A stretch of 64,000 bases of DNA from NCBI GenBank assembly GCA_963792535.1, contig CAWBWQ010000001.1:224001-288000 (forward strand), given 5' to 3'. Made by a program: the position numbers and the translations under genes. Numbering within the stretch: position 1 is the stretch's first letter; every line of letters begins with the position of its first letter. Positions 1 to 8,363 of this stretch are shown in pieces. Source of the DNA: an uncultured Phycisphaerales bacterium (GTDB lineage: Bacteria > Planctomycetota > Phycisphaerae > Tepidisphaerales > Tepidisphaeraceae). Below the pieces are notes generated by a model that saw nothing but the letters and a program-made list of their open reading frames with translations, had not been told where the DNA came from and did not search any database.

Positions 1-177
1 AATGCGCTCGTTGCCAAGGCTTTGTTCGATGGGGTGTCCGCACTCAGGACAGACGCCGTTGTTGTTGAGTCCGTTTAAAACATAACCGCAACGGGAGCAG
101 AGGATTTCCGAAAGTTCTGGTACCCGCGGGGCGACTCGAGCCATGATTGCATGATATACTCATCAGCGGCGGGAAAC

Positions 178-777
178 ATGAAAACAGAGAATAAGATCCT
201 GGCTACCGTGGTCGGCATGGCATTGCTTGCAGCAGGTTGCGACCCATCAGCGCAGCAGTCCTCAGCACCAAGCACCCGGCCCGCGGTGGTAACAACGCAG
301 GCTCTCGAACAGGCGCCGGCGGTAACGGCGGCTTATCCGGCGCGACCCCCTTCGGTGTTTACGATTGACGGTCATGATGTAAGTTTTCCGGCCGCTCGCC
401 TGGCTGTCGTCAGCCGCCGAAACGGGCTTACGCTGCGACTCATGAGCGACGATCCACAGGCGGCGATTGATCCGGGATACGTGGGCAACAGTTTCAGCAT
501 GGATATGCAATTTGTGCTGGATCGGGTCGAAGATCTTCCCGGCGCTACCTGGGATCATAAACCAGCGGATGAAGATGACTCGGTCAGTGGGATTTTTATT
601 CACGGGGTGCGGGACGGCCTTCGCCCGTATGACGTGCATGTCACGTTTCAGAAGACCGATAAGGACATTCGCGCGTATGTCGAGGGAATCTTCCTGCACG
701 AGGACACTCAGAATCCTGTCGCGGCTCCGCAGCGCGTGCGCGTTAGTGCTTGCCTGCTGATCAACGCCGTTGAATGA
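178..777 (+). CDS. Hypothetical lipoprotein
   Basis: ORF with signal peptide ending in lipobox LAAG-C (MKTENKILATVVGMALLAAGC), followed by a Pro/Ala/Thr linker; no recognisable family. Confidence 0.7.
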   Translation: MKTENKILATVVGMALLAAGCDPSAQQSSAPSTRPAVVTTQALEQAPAVTAAYPARPPSVFTIDGHDVSFPAARLAVVSRRNGLTLRLMSDDPQAAIDPGYVGNSFSMDMQFVLDRVEDLPGATWDHKPADEDDSVSGIFIHGVRDGLRPYDVHVTFQKTDKDIRAYVEGIFLHEDTQNPVAAPQRVRVSACLLINAVE

Positions 778-815
778 TCGCCTCCGGCAACTGCGTCTTT
801 TTCATATCTTCCGGT

Positions 816-908
816 TTGACCTCCAGTCAACAACTGCTCTGTAATAGTCTTGCTGTTTTGATGCATGCCGGAATTTTTGTTGACTGACCGGCAACAGACC
901 GATATTCT
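816..908 (+). promoter_or_regulatory. Sigma70-like promoter (TTGACT 880-885, 17 nt, TATTCT 903-908) with two TTGAC-N5-G(T/G)CAA operator-like boxes (816-830, 880-894)
   Basis: Read directly from the sequence; the second box overlaps the -35 of the XRE regulator gene. Confidence 0.55.
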
Positions 909-916
909 GCCGGCTC

Positions 917-1543
917 ATGGAGACGATCCACGAGCACGCGGCAAACGTGAGTCTTTCGCTGGGCAATCGTTTGCTGGCAATTCGGGAATCGCGCGGTTGG
1001 ACGCTGGATGCGTTGGCCGAGCGATCGGGATTGTCCAAGGCGTATCTGAGCCGGCTGGAATGCGGCAACCGCCAGCCTTCAATCACGGCACTTTGTGCTG
1101 TTGCCAAGGCACTGGGTGTTTCGATTGCTTCGTTGTTCGAGCATCCGGACGAAACCAGCGCCTGTGTCATTGTGCGCAACGCATCTGTTTCGGAAAAAAA
1201 GGTGAACGGGCTCATGTATCGCCCGCTTTCCAGTTCAACCCAGCCTTTTAACCTGCAGCCCATTGAGGTCACGATCCCTTCGGATCGGAAGGGGCAGCAG
1301 GTCTATCAGCACGATGGCGAAGAATGGATTCATGTCATCGAAGGCCGCGTTCGGTTGTTAATCGCGGACCAACCCTACGTGCTTGAGTCGGGAGACTCGG
1401 CACATTTCGATTCGCGTCGCCCGCATCGGCTTAATGCGCTGGGGGGCAAGCCGGCCAGGATTATCCTGGTTGCCTGCCCGATCCCCATATCCATGAACCC
1501 GCGGCGCGGGAACGCGAACGCTTTGTCTCAGCCCGTTGGTTAG
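917..1543 (+). CDS. XRE-family transcriptional regulator with C-terminal cupin sensor (PuuR/SutR-like)
   Basis: N-terminal HTH (TLDALAERSGLSKAYLSRLECG..PS) and cupin motifs (HDGEEWIHVIEG, LESGDSAHFDSRRPH). Confidence 0.9.
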   Translation: METIHEHAANVSLSLGNRLLAIRESRGWTLDALAERSGLSKAYLSRLECGNRQPSITALCAVAKALGVSIASLFEHPDETSACVIVRNASVSEKKVNGLMYRPLSSSTQPFNLQPIEVTIPSDRKGQQVYQHDGEEWIHVIEGRVRLLIADQPYVLESGDSAHFDSRRPHRLNALGGKPARIILVACPIPISMNPRRGNANALSQPVG

Positions 1544-1673
1544 AACGGGTTTCTGTCGGCGGAAAATCAGGAAACGAGGACGCTCTGGTGGAATGGAAAC
1601 CGGTGCGCGATGCCCAGGGTACGTTACCACTTGGCGTCGCGGCCCGGAGTTGAGGCTTTACCAGGAGTTTCCA

Positions 1674-3179
1674 ATGAGTCAGGTCGACTACGCAGTTACC
1701 GTCAAACAAACCCACATGAAGCTGAAGCTCAACGCGCTGAACTTCTGGGAAGTTCTGGCCCAGGCGATTGCGCTGATTTCGCCCAGCATGACCGCGGCTT
1801 TGATCGTGCCGCTGATGTTCGGCACGTCGGGAACCTGGGGGTGGCTTTGCTACCTGTTCGGCACGGTGTTGCTGCTGTTCGTGGCTTTTAACCTCAACCA
1901 GTTTGCCAAGCGATATACATCGGCGGGAAGTATGTACGAATACACCGCCAAGGGCCTGGGGCCAAAAGTTGGCGGGGTTTCCGGCTGGTGCCTGATCTGG
2001 GCTTACCTGTTCATCGGCATCGCCGGTGTGACCGGTTTCACCCACTTTGCCACCAAGCTACTGGTGATGTCCGGCGCGAGTGGATATCTGTCGCATCCGT
2101 TTATCACGCTGTTTGCGATCTGCGTTGCCGCCGCCTGGTTCCTGGCCTACAAGGACATTACCTTCTCCACCTTGCTCATGCTGATGTTCGAAGGTGTTTC
2201 GGTGACGGTCATCATCCTGCTGGCGCTGCTGGCGCTGGCAAAGACCGGCGTGGTTGATACCGCGCAACTGCATCCATCAGGCCATGGTGTAAAAGACATC
2301 GGGCTGGGCGTGGTGGTTGCGATCTTCTCCCTGGTGGGGTTTGAATGCGCAACGGCTTTCGGGGAAGAAGCCAAGAAACCGCTGGTCACCATTCCGCGCG
2401 CCGTTATCGCGAGCCTGCTTTTCACCGGGGCTTTTTTCGTATTCATCACCTATGTCGAAACGCATGCGCTGGCTAACAACAATCCGTCGCTGGATCAGTT
2501 AGACGCGCCTCTGACCACGCTGAGCGAAAACCTGGGCGTGAAGTGGATGGGCGTGATCGTTTCGATTGGCGCGATGGTCAGCTTCTTCGCGCTGGCGATG
2601 TCGTGCATGAATGCGGGGGCCCGGGTGGTATTTACCATGGGGCGATACGGGATTTTTCCAATCTCGATCGGTTCATCGCATAAGCACAACCTCACGCCTC
2701 ACATCGCCATTACGGCGTTTGCGGTCGTTCAGTTTTTGCTTCCGACGATATTCACCCTGGCCTCTTACAAGGCCATCGGTGGCTGGCAGATGATGCCGAT
2801 CGACTGCTTTAATTATGCCGGGCTGTTCGGCGCGATGGGATTCTGCGGCGCGTATGTTTTGATTTCACTCGCGACGCCGTTCTATCTGAAAAAGATCGGT
2901 GAACTTAAACCGCTGAACATTGCGATGTCGGCCATCGCGCTGTTGCTGTTGATCGTTCCGATCGTGGGCACAGTGTGGCCGCAGCCACCGGCTCCGGAGA
3001 ATTATTTCCCTTATATCTTCGGTGCGTATGTGATTGCGGGGATTGTGCTGGTGGTGTTGCGCAGCCAGTCATCTACGGAATTCGATCGCATTCGCGACAC
3101 GATTGCCGAGCATACCGCGTCGACCGCGACGGCTCCTGCCGAAGCGGTCATGCCCGCTGCCAATGTGGTGCCGGTTTAA
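1674..3179 (+). CDS. APC-family amino acid/polyamine permease
   Basis: About 12 hydrophobic segments, AGSMYEY and GFECATAFGEEAK.P motifs; AGGAG RBS before ATG 1674. Confidence 0.9.
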   Translation: MSQVDYAVTVKQTHMKLKLNALNFWEVLAQAIALISPSMTAALIVPLMFGTSGTWGWLCYLFGTVLLLFVAFNLNQFAKRYTSAGSMYEYTAKGLGPKVGGVSGWCLIWAYLFIGIAGVTGFTHFATKLLVMSGASGYLSHPFITLFAICVAAAWFLAYKDITFSTLLMLMFEGVSVTVIILLALLALAKTGVVDTAQLHPSGHGVKDIGLGVVVAIFSLVGFECATAFGEEAKKPLVTIPRAVIASLLFTGAFFVFITYVETHALANNNPSLDQLDAPLTTLSENLGVKWMGVIVSIGAMVSFFALAMSCMNAGARVVFTMGRYGIFPISIGSSHKHNLTPHIAITAFAVVQFLLPTIFTLASYKAIGGWQMMPIDCFNYAGLFGAMGFCGAYVLISLATPFYLKKIGELKPLNIAMSAIALLLLIVPIVGTVWPQPPAPENYFPYIFGAYVIAGIVLVVLRSQSSTEFDRIRDTIAEHTASTATAPAEAVMPAANVVPV

Positions 3180-3218
3180 TGGGTTCTCAGTCATTTTCAA
3201 ATCGAAGGGAACACACTT

Positions 3219-4037
3219 ATGTCGTCACTTACCTCCGCTGGAACTCTGGCAAGCCTGCATCGATATCCGGTTAAATCGATGATGGGCGAAGAAATAAACG
3301 CCGCGATGCTGACCGATCGCGGACTGCTGGGCGACAGGGCTTACGCCTTGCGGGACAGCGAAACCGGGATGATCGTGAGCGCGAAAAACCCACGGAAATG
3401 GCCCGGAATGTTCGGATTCCGCGCCACCTATATCACACCGCCGCAGGGAGATTCTCCCCTGCCGGCGGTGCGGGTGGGGCTTCCGGATGGAAGCTTTGCG
3501 GTGAGTTCTAAATCGGAGTTTGCCGAGCAGATTTCAATGGGCCTGGGTCGTCCGATCCAGTTGCTGGCAGCGGCGCCGTCGAGCGCGCAACTGGAGGAAT
3601 ACTGGCCGGACATGGACGGGCTGGCCCATCGCGATGCCGTCACCGATGAAGCCATGCCGCCGGGCACTTTCTTCGATCTGGCGGTGCTTCATATCCTGAC
3701 GACTTCAACGCTGGATAAGCTTCGCGCGCTTTACCCCGCCGGCCGATTCGAACCGCGGCGGTTTCGCCCGAATCTCATTATCGATACATCCGGCCAGAGC
3801 GGGTTTGTTGAAAATGAGTGGATCGGTAAAACACTCTGCATCGGGGAATCGGTGAAACTCAAAGTGACCGGGCCCTGCCCGCGCTGCGTAATGACCACGC
3901 TTGCCCAGGGAGACCTGCCGAAGGATCCAGGTGTGCTGAAAACGGCGGCAGCGCATAACGATGTGCGCGTGGGAATCTACGCATCGGTGCTGCAAGCGGG
4001 CACTGTCCACGTCGGTGATACGATCACCGTGCAGTAA
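3219..4037 (+). CDS. MOSC domain protein (YcbX/mARC-like molybdoenzyme)
   Basis: RYPVKSM N-terminal barrel motif, RFRPNL, PCPRC. Confidence 0.9.
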   Translation: MSSLTSAGTLASLHRYPVKSMMGEEINAAMLTDRGLLGDRAYALRDSETGMIVSAKNPRKWPGMFGFRATYITPPQGDSPLPAVRVGLPDGSFAVSSKSEFAEQISMGLGRPIQLLAAAPSSAQLEEYWPDMDGLAHRDAVTDEAMPPGTFFDLAVLHILTTSTLDKLRALYPAGRFEPRRFRPNLIIDTSGQSGFVENEWIGKTLCIGESVKLKVTGPCPRCVMTTLAQGDLPKDPGVLKTAAAHNDVRVGIYASVLQAGTVHVGDTITVQ

Positions 4038-4071
4038 TGCGTCGCGATATCTTCGACCGGGGAATTAAAGC

Positions 4072-4854
4072 GTGGCTTACCTCGCCAGAATTCTGATCTA
4101 TCCTGTAAAGTCTCTCGAACCCGTTGCGGTCCAGAGCATCCGGTCACTTAAATCGGGTGCTCTGGAAGGCGACCGCACCTTTGCCATGAAGGACAGCGGT
4201 GGAAAATTTATCAACGGAAAACGCAATCCGCGCGTGCATCTAATTCGGTCGATGTACGACCCTTTTACCCGCCTGCTTTGCCTGGGCAGGCCGGACGCCG
4301 GTCTTACCACGGCGTTTCATGTCGATCGCGATTACGAGGAAATTCAATCCTGGCTGAGCGAGTTTTTTGCCTTGCCGGTTACTCTGGATCGCAATGAGGA
4401 AATTGGTTTCCCCGATGATCTGGATTGCCCGGGTCCCACGATTGTTTCAACGGCCACACTGCGAGAGGTGGCGTCCTGGTTTTCCGGTATGAGTATCGAT
4501 CAAATTCGTCTGCGGATTCGCGCGAATCTGGAAGTTGATGGGGTTCCCGCTTTTTGGGAAGACCGCCTGTACGGCGTTAAAGACAGCCGCGTGAAATTTC
4601 GGATCGGCGCCTGCACGCTGGAGGGAAACAATCCCTGCCAGCGGTGTGCCGTTCCTCCCCGCGATCCTTTTACCGGCGCAAACGACCCACAGTTCATCAA
4701 GATTTTCTCGGCACAGCGCGAAAAGACCCTCCCGGCGTGGGCCGAGCGAACCCGGTTCAATCATTTCTATCGATTGACCACCAATACGGTCATTCCCGAA
4801 GAGCAAGCCAAACATCTCATGAGCGTCGGCGACCCGGTTGAGATTCTGGGTTGA
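4072..4854 (+). CDS. Second MOSC domain protein
   Basis: IYPVKSL, GDRTFA, RIRANLEV, PCQRC motifs. Confidence 0.88.
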   Translation: MAYLARILIYPVKSLEPVAVQSIRSLKSGALEGDRTFAMKDSGGKFINGKRNPRVHLIRSMYDPFTRLLCLGRPDAGLTTAFHVDRDYEEIQSWLSEFFALPVTLDRNEEIGFPDDLDCPGPTIVSTATLREVASWFSGMSIDQIRLRIRANLEVDGVPAFWEDRLYGVKDSRVKFRIGACTLEGNNPCQRCAVPPRDPFTGANDPQFIKIFSAQREKTLPAWAERTRFNHFYRLTTNTVIPEEQAKHLMSVGDPVEILG

Positions 4855-4963
4855 CCGGCGGTAACACATCAGGCTGCGGATAACCCGCCTTGATGAGGTT
4901 GAAAATGAAGGATGACCGCTTGACAGAAAAGCTGGTTTGGATACATTCAGGAACTCGAGGCAA

Positions 4964-5037
4964 GGGGGCGTAGCTCAATTGGTTAGAGTACCGGCCTGTC
5001 GAGCCGGTGGTTGCGGGTTCGAGCCCCGTCGCCCTCG
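4964..5037 (+). tRNA. tRNA-Asp (GTC), CCA not encoded
   Basis: Cloverleaf: acceptor GGGGGCG/CGCCCTC, D-arm TAGCTCAATTGGTTAGAGTA, anticodon arm CCGGC-CTGTCGA-GCCGG, T-arm GGTTCGAG; upstream TTGACA..TACATT promoter-like elements. Confidence 0.97.
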
Positions 5038-5040
5038 TTT

Positions 5041-5075
5041 AAAACCGCGTTCCCTACTCTGGGACGCGGTTTTTG
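5041..5075. terminator. Bidirectional intrinsic terminator between tRNA-Asp and mutM
   Basis: AAAACCGCGTTCC...GGGACGCGGTTTT hairpin with A/T tracts on both sides. Confidence 0.8.
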
Positions 5076-5076
5076 T

Positions 5077-5886
5077 TTAGGCGCTGCGGGCTGGCATCTG
5101 GGACAGAAGTGGGTGCTTCTACCGCCGAGGGTTAACTTTTCCACGGGTGTTTTGCATTTTCGACAGGGCAGTTCGGCACGATCGTATACCGCGTGAAGTT
5201 TCTGGAACCCGCCGGGATTTCCGTTGGCGTCAAAGTAGTCGCGCAGCGTGCTGCCACGATGATGCAGCGCCTTACGCAACGTCGACTTGATCGACCGATT
5301 CAACCTGGCGATCTGTTCAGTGGAAAGCTGGTTGGCGGGGCTCAGCGGATGGATACGCACCAGGTGCAGCGATTCGTCCACATAGATATTCCCAAGCCCG
5401 GCAATGACCGACTGATCTAGCAAGGCGACTCTTGATCGCCCGCGTGGTCCGACCGAGTTGGCGGGCCAACTGATGAACACGCAACGTCAATGGTTCGGGG
5501 CCCATATTCTGCTCGCTGGTGTCGGAGGATCCTAACCACCAGATGCCACCAAACCGACGCGGATCGCAAAAGCGAAGCTGCGTCTGGTCGAAATCGATCA
5601 GCAGGTGCGTGTGCGGCAGCAGCGGGGCGTCGGCCGGCTCCATCACCAGTCGGCCTGTCATTCCCAGGTGAATGAAAAAGCGATTCTGATCGGAAAGCTC
5701 GAACACGATCCGCTTGCCCCGGCGCGTGATGCCTGTGACGACGCGACCCACCGATGCCGATGCGAAATCAAAACCAGTGGGCGACAGTACATCGGCTCGC
5801 CGCAGGTTCACGCGCGAAATGATCCGGCCGACCAGCGCGGGGGCGAGGGAATTCACAACGGTCTGGACTTCGGGCAGTTCGGGCAT
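5077..5886 (-). CDS. mutM: Formamidopyrimidine-DNA glycosylase Fpg/MutM; frameshift near 5430, 3' end approximate
   Basis: MPELPEV N-terminus, HLGMTG, DPRRFG, LLDQSVIAGLGNIYVDE, C-terminal zinc finger CRKC..FCPRCQ split over two frames. Confidence 0.92.
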
Positions 5887-6123
5887 CGGGGTTTTCTCAG
5901 GTATCTTAGGCGGTTTACCTGAGGCGGGAAGGCGATTCTCCAAGCGAGTTTCAACAGCTCTAATTTCACGTAAGAAATCTTCTGGCGGGGCAATGAAAAA
6001 TCACATGCAAAATTATTTTTCGAACCGTTGATATTTCGTTACATCTGATACGATTACTTTCCATTGCTGGCCGCGACACTGGCCAGTTTTTTTTCGCGAC
6101 ACGATGGGAGCAGGAAACCGAAG

Positions 6124-8106
6124 ATGACGACACTTGACGAACCACTGACTCACTCCGACGCAATTCCGAATGCGGATGCAAACGGGCACGTTGTCGCACC
6201 GGCCAAGAGCTGGACGCTGGCCGACAGCGCCAAGCTGTATGGTATTCAACAGTGGGGCGGCGGTTATTTTAATATCAATGCCGAGGGGCATGTGGCGGTG
6301 AATCCGACACAGGATCCCAAGGTGAGCATCGACTTGAAGAAACTGATCGACGAGCTGCGCGAGCGCGATATCGCGCTGCCAATCCTGCTGCGTTTTACCG
6401 ATATTCTCAGGCATCGGGTGGGCAAGCTGCATTCGGCTTTTGCCAATGCGATTCGCGATCACGATTATCACGGTGAATATCGCTGTGTTTATCCGGTGAA
6501 AGTGAATCAGCAGAAACACGTCGTTGAAGAGATCAACAATATCGGCAAGGAATACGGGTTTGGCCTTGAGGCGGGCAGTAAACCGGAATTGCTTGCGGTG
6601 CTGGCGATTGTCGATGACGACAACACACCGATTATCTGCAACGGTTTTAAAGACGATGAGTTCATCGAAGCGGTGATTCTCGCGACCAAGATCGGCAAGA
6701 ACATTATTCCCGTGGTGGAAAAGTTCAGCGAGCTGGAACTGATCGTGAAGTATGCCAAGCTGCATCATGTGAAACCGAGCATCGGTGTGCGCGTGAAACT
6801 CGCGGCCAAGGGGGCGGGCCGCTGGGAGCAGTCCGGTGGGGTGCGCAGCAAGTTTGGTCTGTTCATCTCCGAGGTGATGGAAGCGCTGGAATATCTTCGC
6901 AAAAATGGCATGGGCGACTGCCTGAACCTGCTGCACTTTCACCTGGGCAGCCAGATCAACAATATCCGCAACATCAAGCACGCGATCATCGAACTGGTCC
7001 GCGTCTATGTCGAAATGCAGCGCCTCGGCGCGGGCCTGAAATATATCGATGTCGGTGGCGGCCTGGGTGTCGACTATGACGGCAGCAAGACCGACTTCGG
7101 ATCGAGCATCAATTACGGCCTGCAGGAATACGCCAACGACGTGGTCTTCCACGTCAAGGAAATCTGCGATCAGTGCGATGTCGAACACCCGACCATCATC
7201 AGCGAATCCGGCCGGGCCATGGTCGCACACCACAGCGTGCTGGTTTTTAACGTGCTGGGCTGGAGCGGTTTTGCCCGTTTTGATGTGCCCGCGACCCTGA
7301 CCCCCGAGGAACGCGAAGCCCTGCCCGCCCCGGTGATCAATCTGTTCGATTCCTACGCCGGTCTAAACGACCAGAATTTCATGGAATATTACCATGACGG
7401 CCAGATCAGTAAGGACGCGGTGCTCAACCTCTTCAGCCTGGGCTATTGCTCGCTGGAGCATCGCAGCCTGGCCGAGCGGTTGTTTTACGCGATCTGCTCG
7501 AAGGTGCTGAACATCATTCACAAGATGGATTATGTTCCCGACGAGTTTGAGGGGCTGGAGGCGATGCTGTCCGATACGTATTTCTGCAACTACTCGATTT
7601 TTCAATCGATGCCGGACAGTTGGGCGATCGACCAGCTCTTTCCGATCATGCCGATTCATCAGCTGGAAATTGAACCGACCTGTCGCGGAATCCTCGCCGA
7701 CATCACCTGCGACAGCGACGGCAAGGTAGACCGATTCATCGACCGGCGGCGCGTGAAATCAGTCCTGGAACTCCACCCCTACGACGGCAAGGATTATTTC
7801 CTCGCGACATTCCTCGTCGGTGCCTATCAGGAAATTTTAGGCGATCTGCACAATCTTCTGGGCGACACCAATGCCGTGCATGTCAGCGTAGACGAAACCG
7901 GCCGATTCACAGTAGATGAAGTGGTCGAAGGCGACACCGTCCGCGAGGTGCTGCAGTATGTGCAGTTCAACGCCGATGATCTAAAACGCGCAATGCGCAA
8001 AAGCGTTGAGCGGGCGCTGCGCGAGCAGAAGTTGACGATTGATGAATCAAGGGTGCTGTTGAAGTTCTACGAGAACGGCCTCGAAGGCTACACCTATCTT
8101 GAATAG
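6124..8106 (+). CDS. speA: Biosynthetic arginine decarboxylase
   Basis: YPVKVNQ PLP-lysine motif, GLEAGSKPEL, HFHLGSQI, TCDSDG, GAYQEILGDLHNL. Confidence 0.97.
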   Translation: MTTLDEPLTHSDAIPNADANGHVVAPAKSWTLADSAKLYGIQQWGGGYFNINAEGHVAVNPTQDPKVSIDLKKLIDELRERDIALPILLRFTDILRHRVGKLHSAFANAIRDHDYHGEYRCVYPVKVNQQKHVVEEINNIGKEYGFGLEAGSKPELLAVLAIVDDDNTPIICNGFKDDEFIEAVILATKIGKNIIPVVEKFSELELIVKYAKLHHVKPSIGVRVKLAAKGAGRWEQSGGVRSKFGLFISEVMEALEYLRKNGMGDCLNLLHFHLGSQINNIRNIKHAIIELVRVYVEMQRLGAGLKYIDVGGGLGVDYDGSKTDFGSSINYGLQEYANDVVFHVKEICDQCDVEHPTIISESGRAMVAHHSVLVFNVLGWSGFARFDVPATLTPEEREALPAPVINLFDSYAGLNDQNFMEYYHDGQISKDAVLNLFSLGYCSLEHRSLAERLFYAICSKVLNIIHKMDYVPDEFEGLEAMLSDTYFCNYSIFQSMPDSWAIDQLFPIMPIHQLEIEPTCRGILADITCDSDGKVDRFIDRRRVKSVLELHPYDGKDYFLATFLVGAYQEILGDLHNLLGDTNAVHVSVDETGRFTVDEVVEGDTVREVLQYVQFNADDLKRAMRKSVERALREQKLTIDESRVLLKFYENGLEGYTYLE

Positions 8107-8363
8107 TCATTCAGCCCGCAGCAGACTCCCCTTGCTGAGTTCAGGCAATTGCAGAGATCGGTGGCTTATGGCCAGCGTCGCGCACTGGCGGAACAGAAGC
8201 AATTGCTTCTGTGGCAAATGAATCGTTTGCATTAGAACGATTGATTTCATTCCACATCCATTCGCATTCTCAAATCGTGTTTGCTAGATGTCAGAATTTT
8301 CCTGACAAATGGTCTGCCGCAGGATAGTTTGGGCTTTCATCTCCCATCTTGAAAGGCGAAAGA

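Noticed and set aside
1544..1673. Possible riboswitch (e.g. guanidine) upstream of the APC permease
   Set aside because: No ykkC, mini-ykkC ACGR twin hairpins, guanidine-III or other consensus recognisable
4983..5090. MutM C-terminal extension running antisense through the terminator and tRNA-Asp
   Set aside because: Most likely an indel removed the in-frame stop after the zinc finger; a TAA lies in another frame at 5077-5079
6013..7233. 406-aa antisense ORF opposite speA, and similar ones opposite ispG, rnc, pyk and the HTH protein (18539-19582)
   Set aside because: Shadow ORFs expected from high-GC codon bias; no motifs
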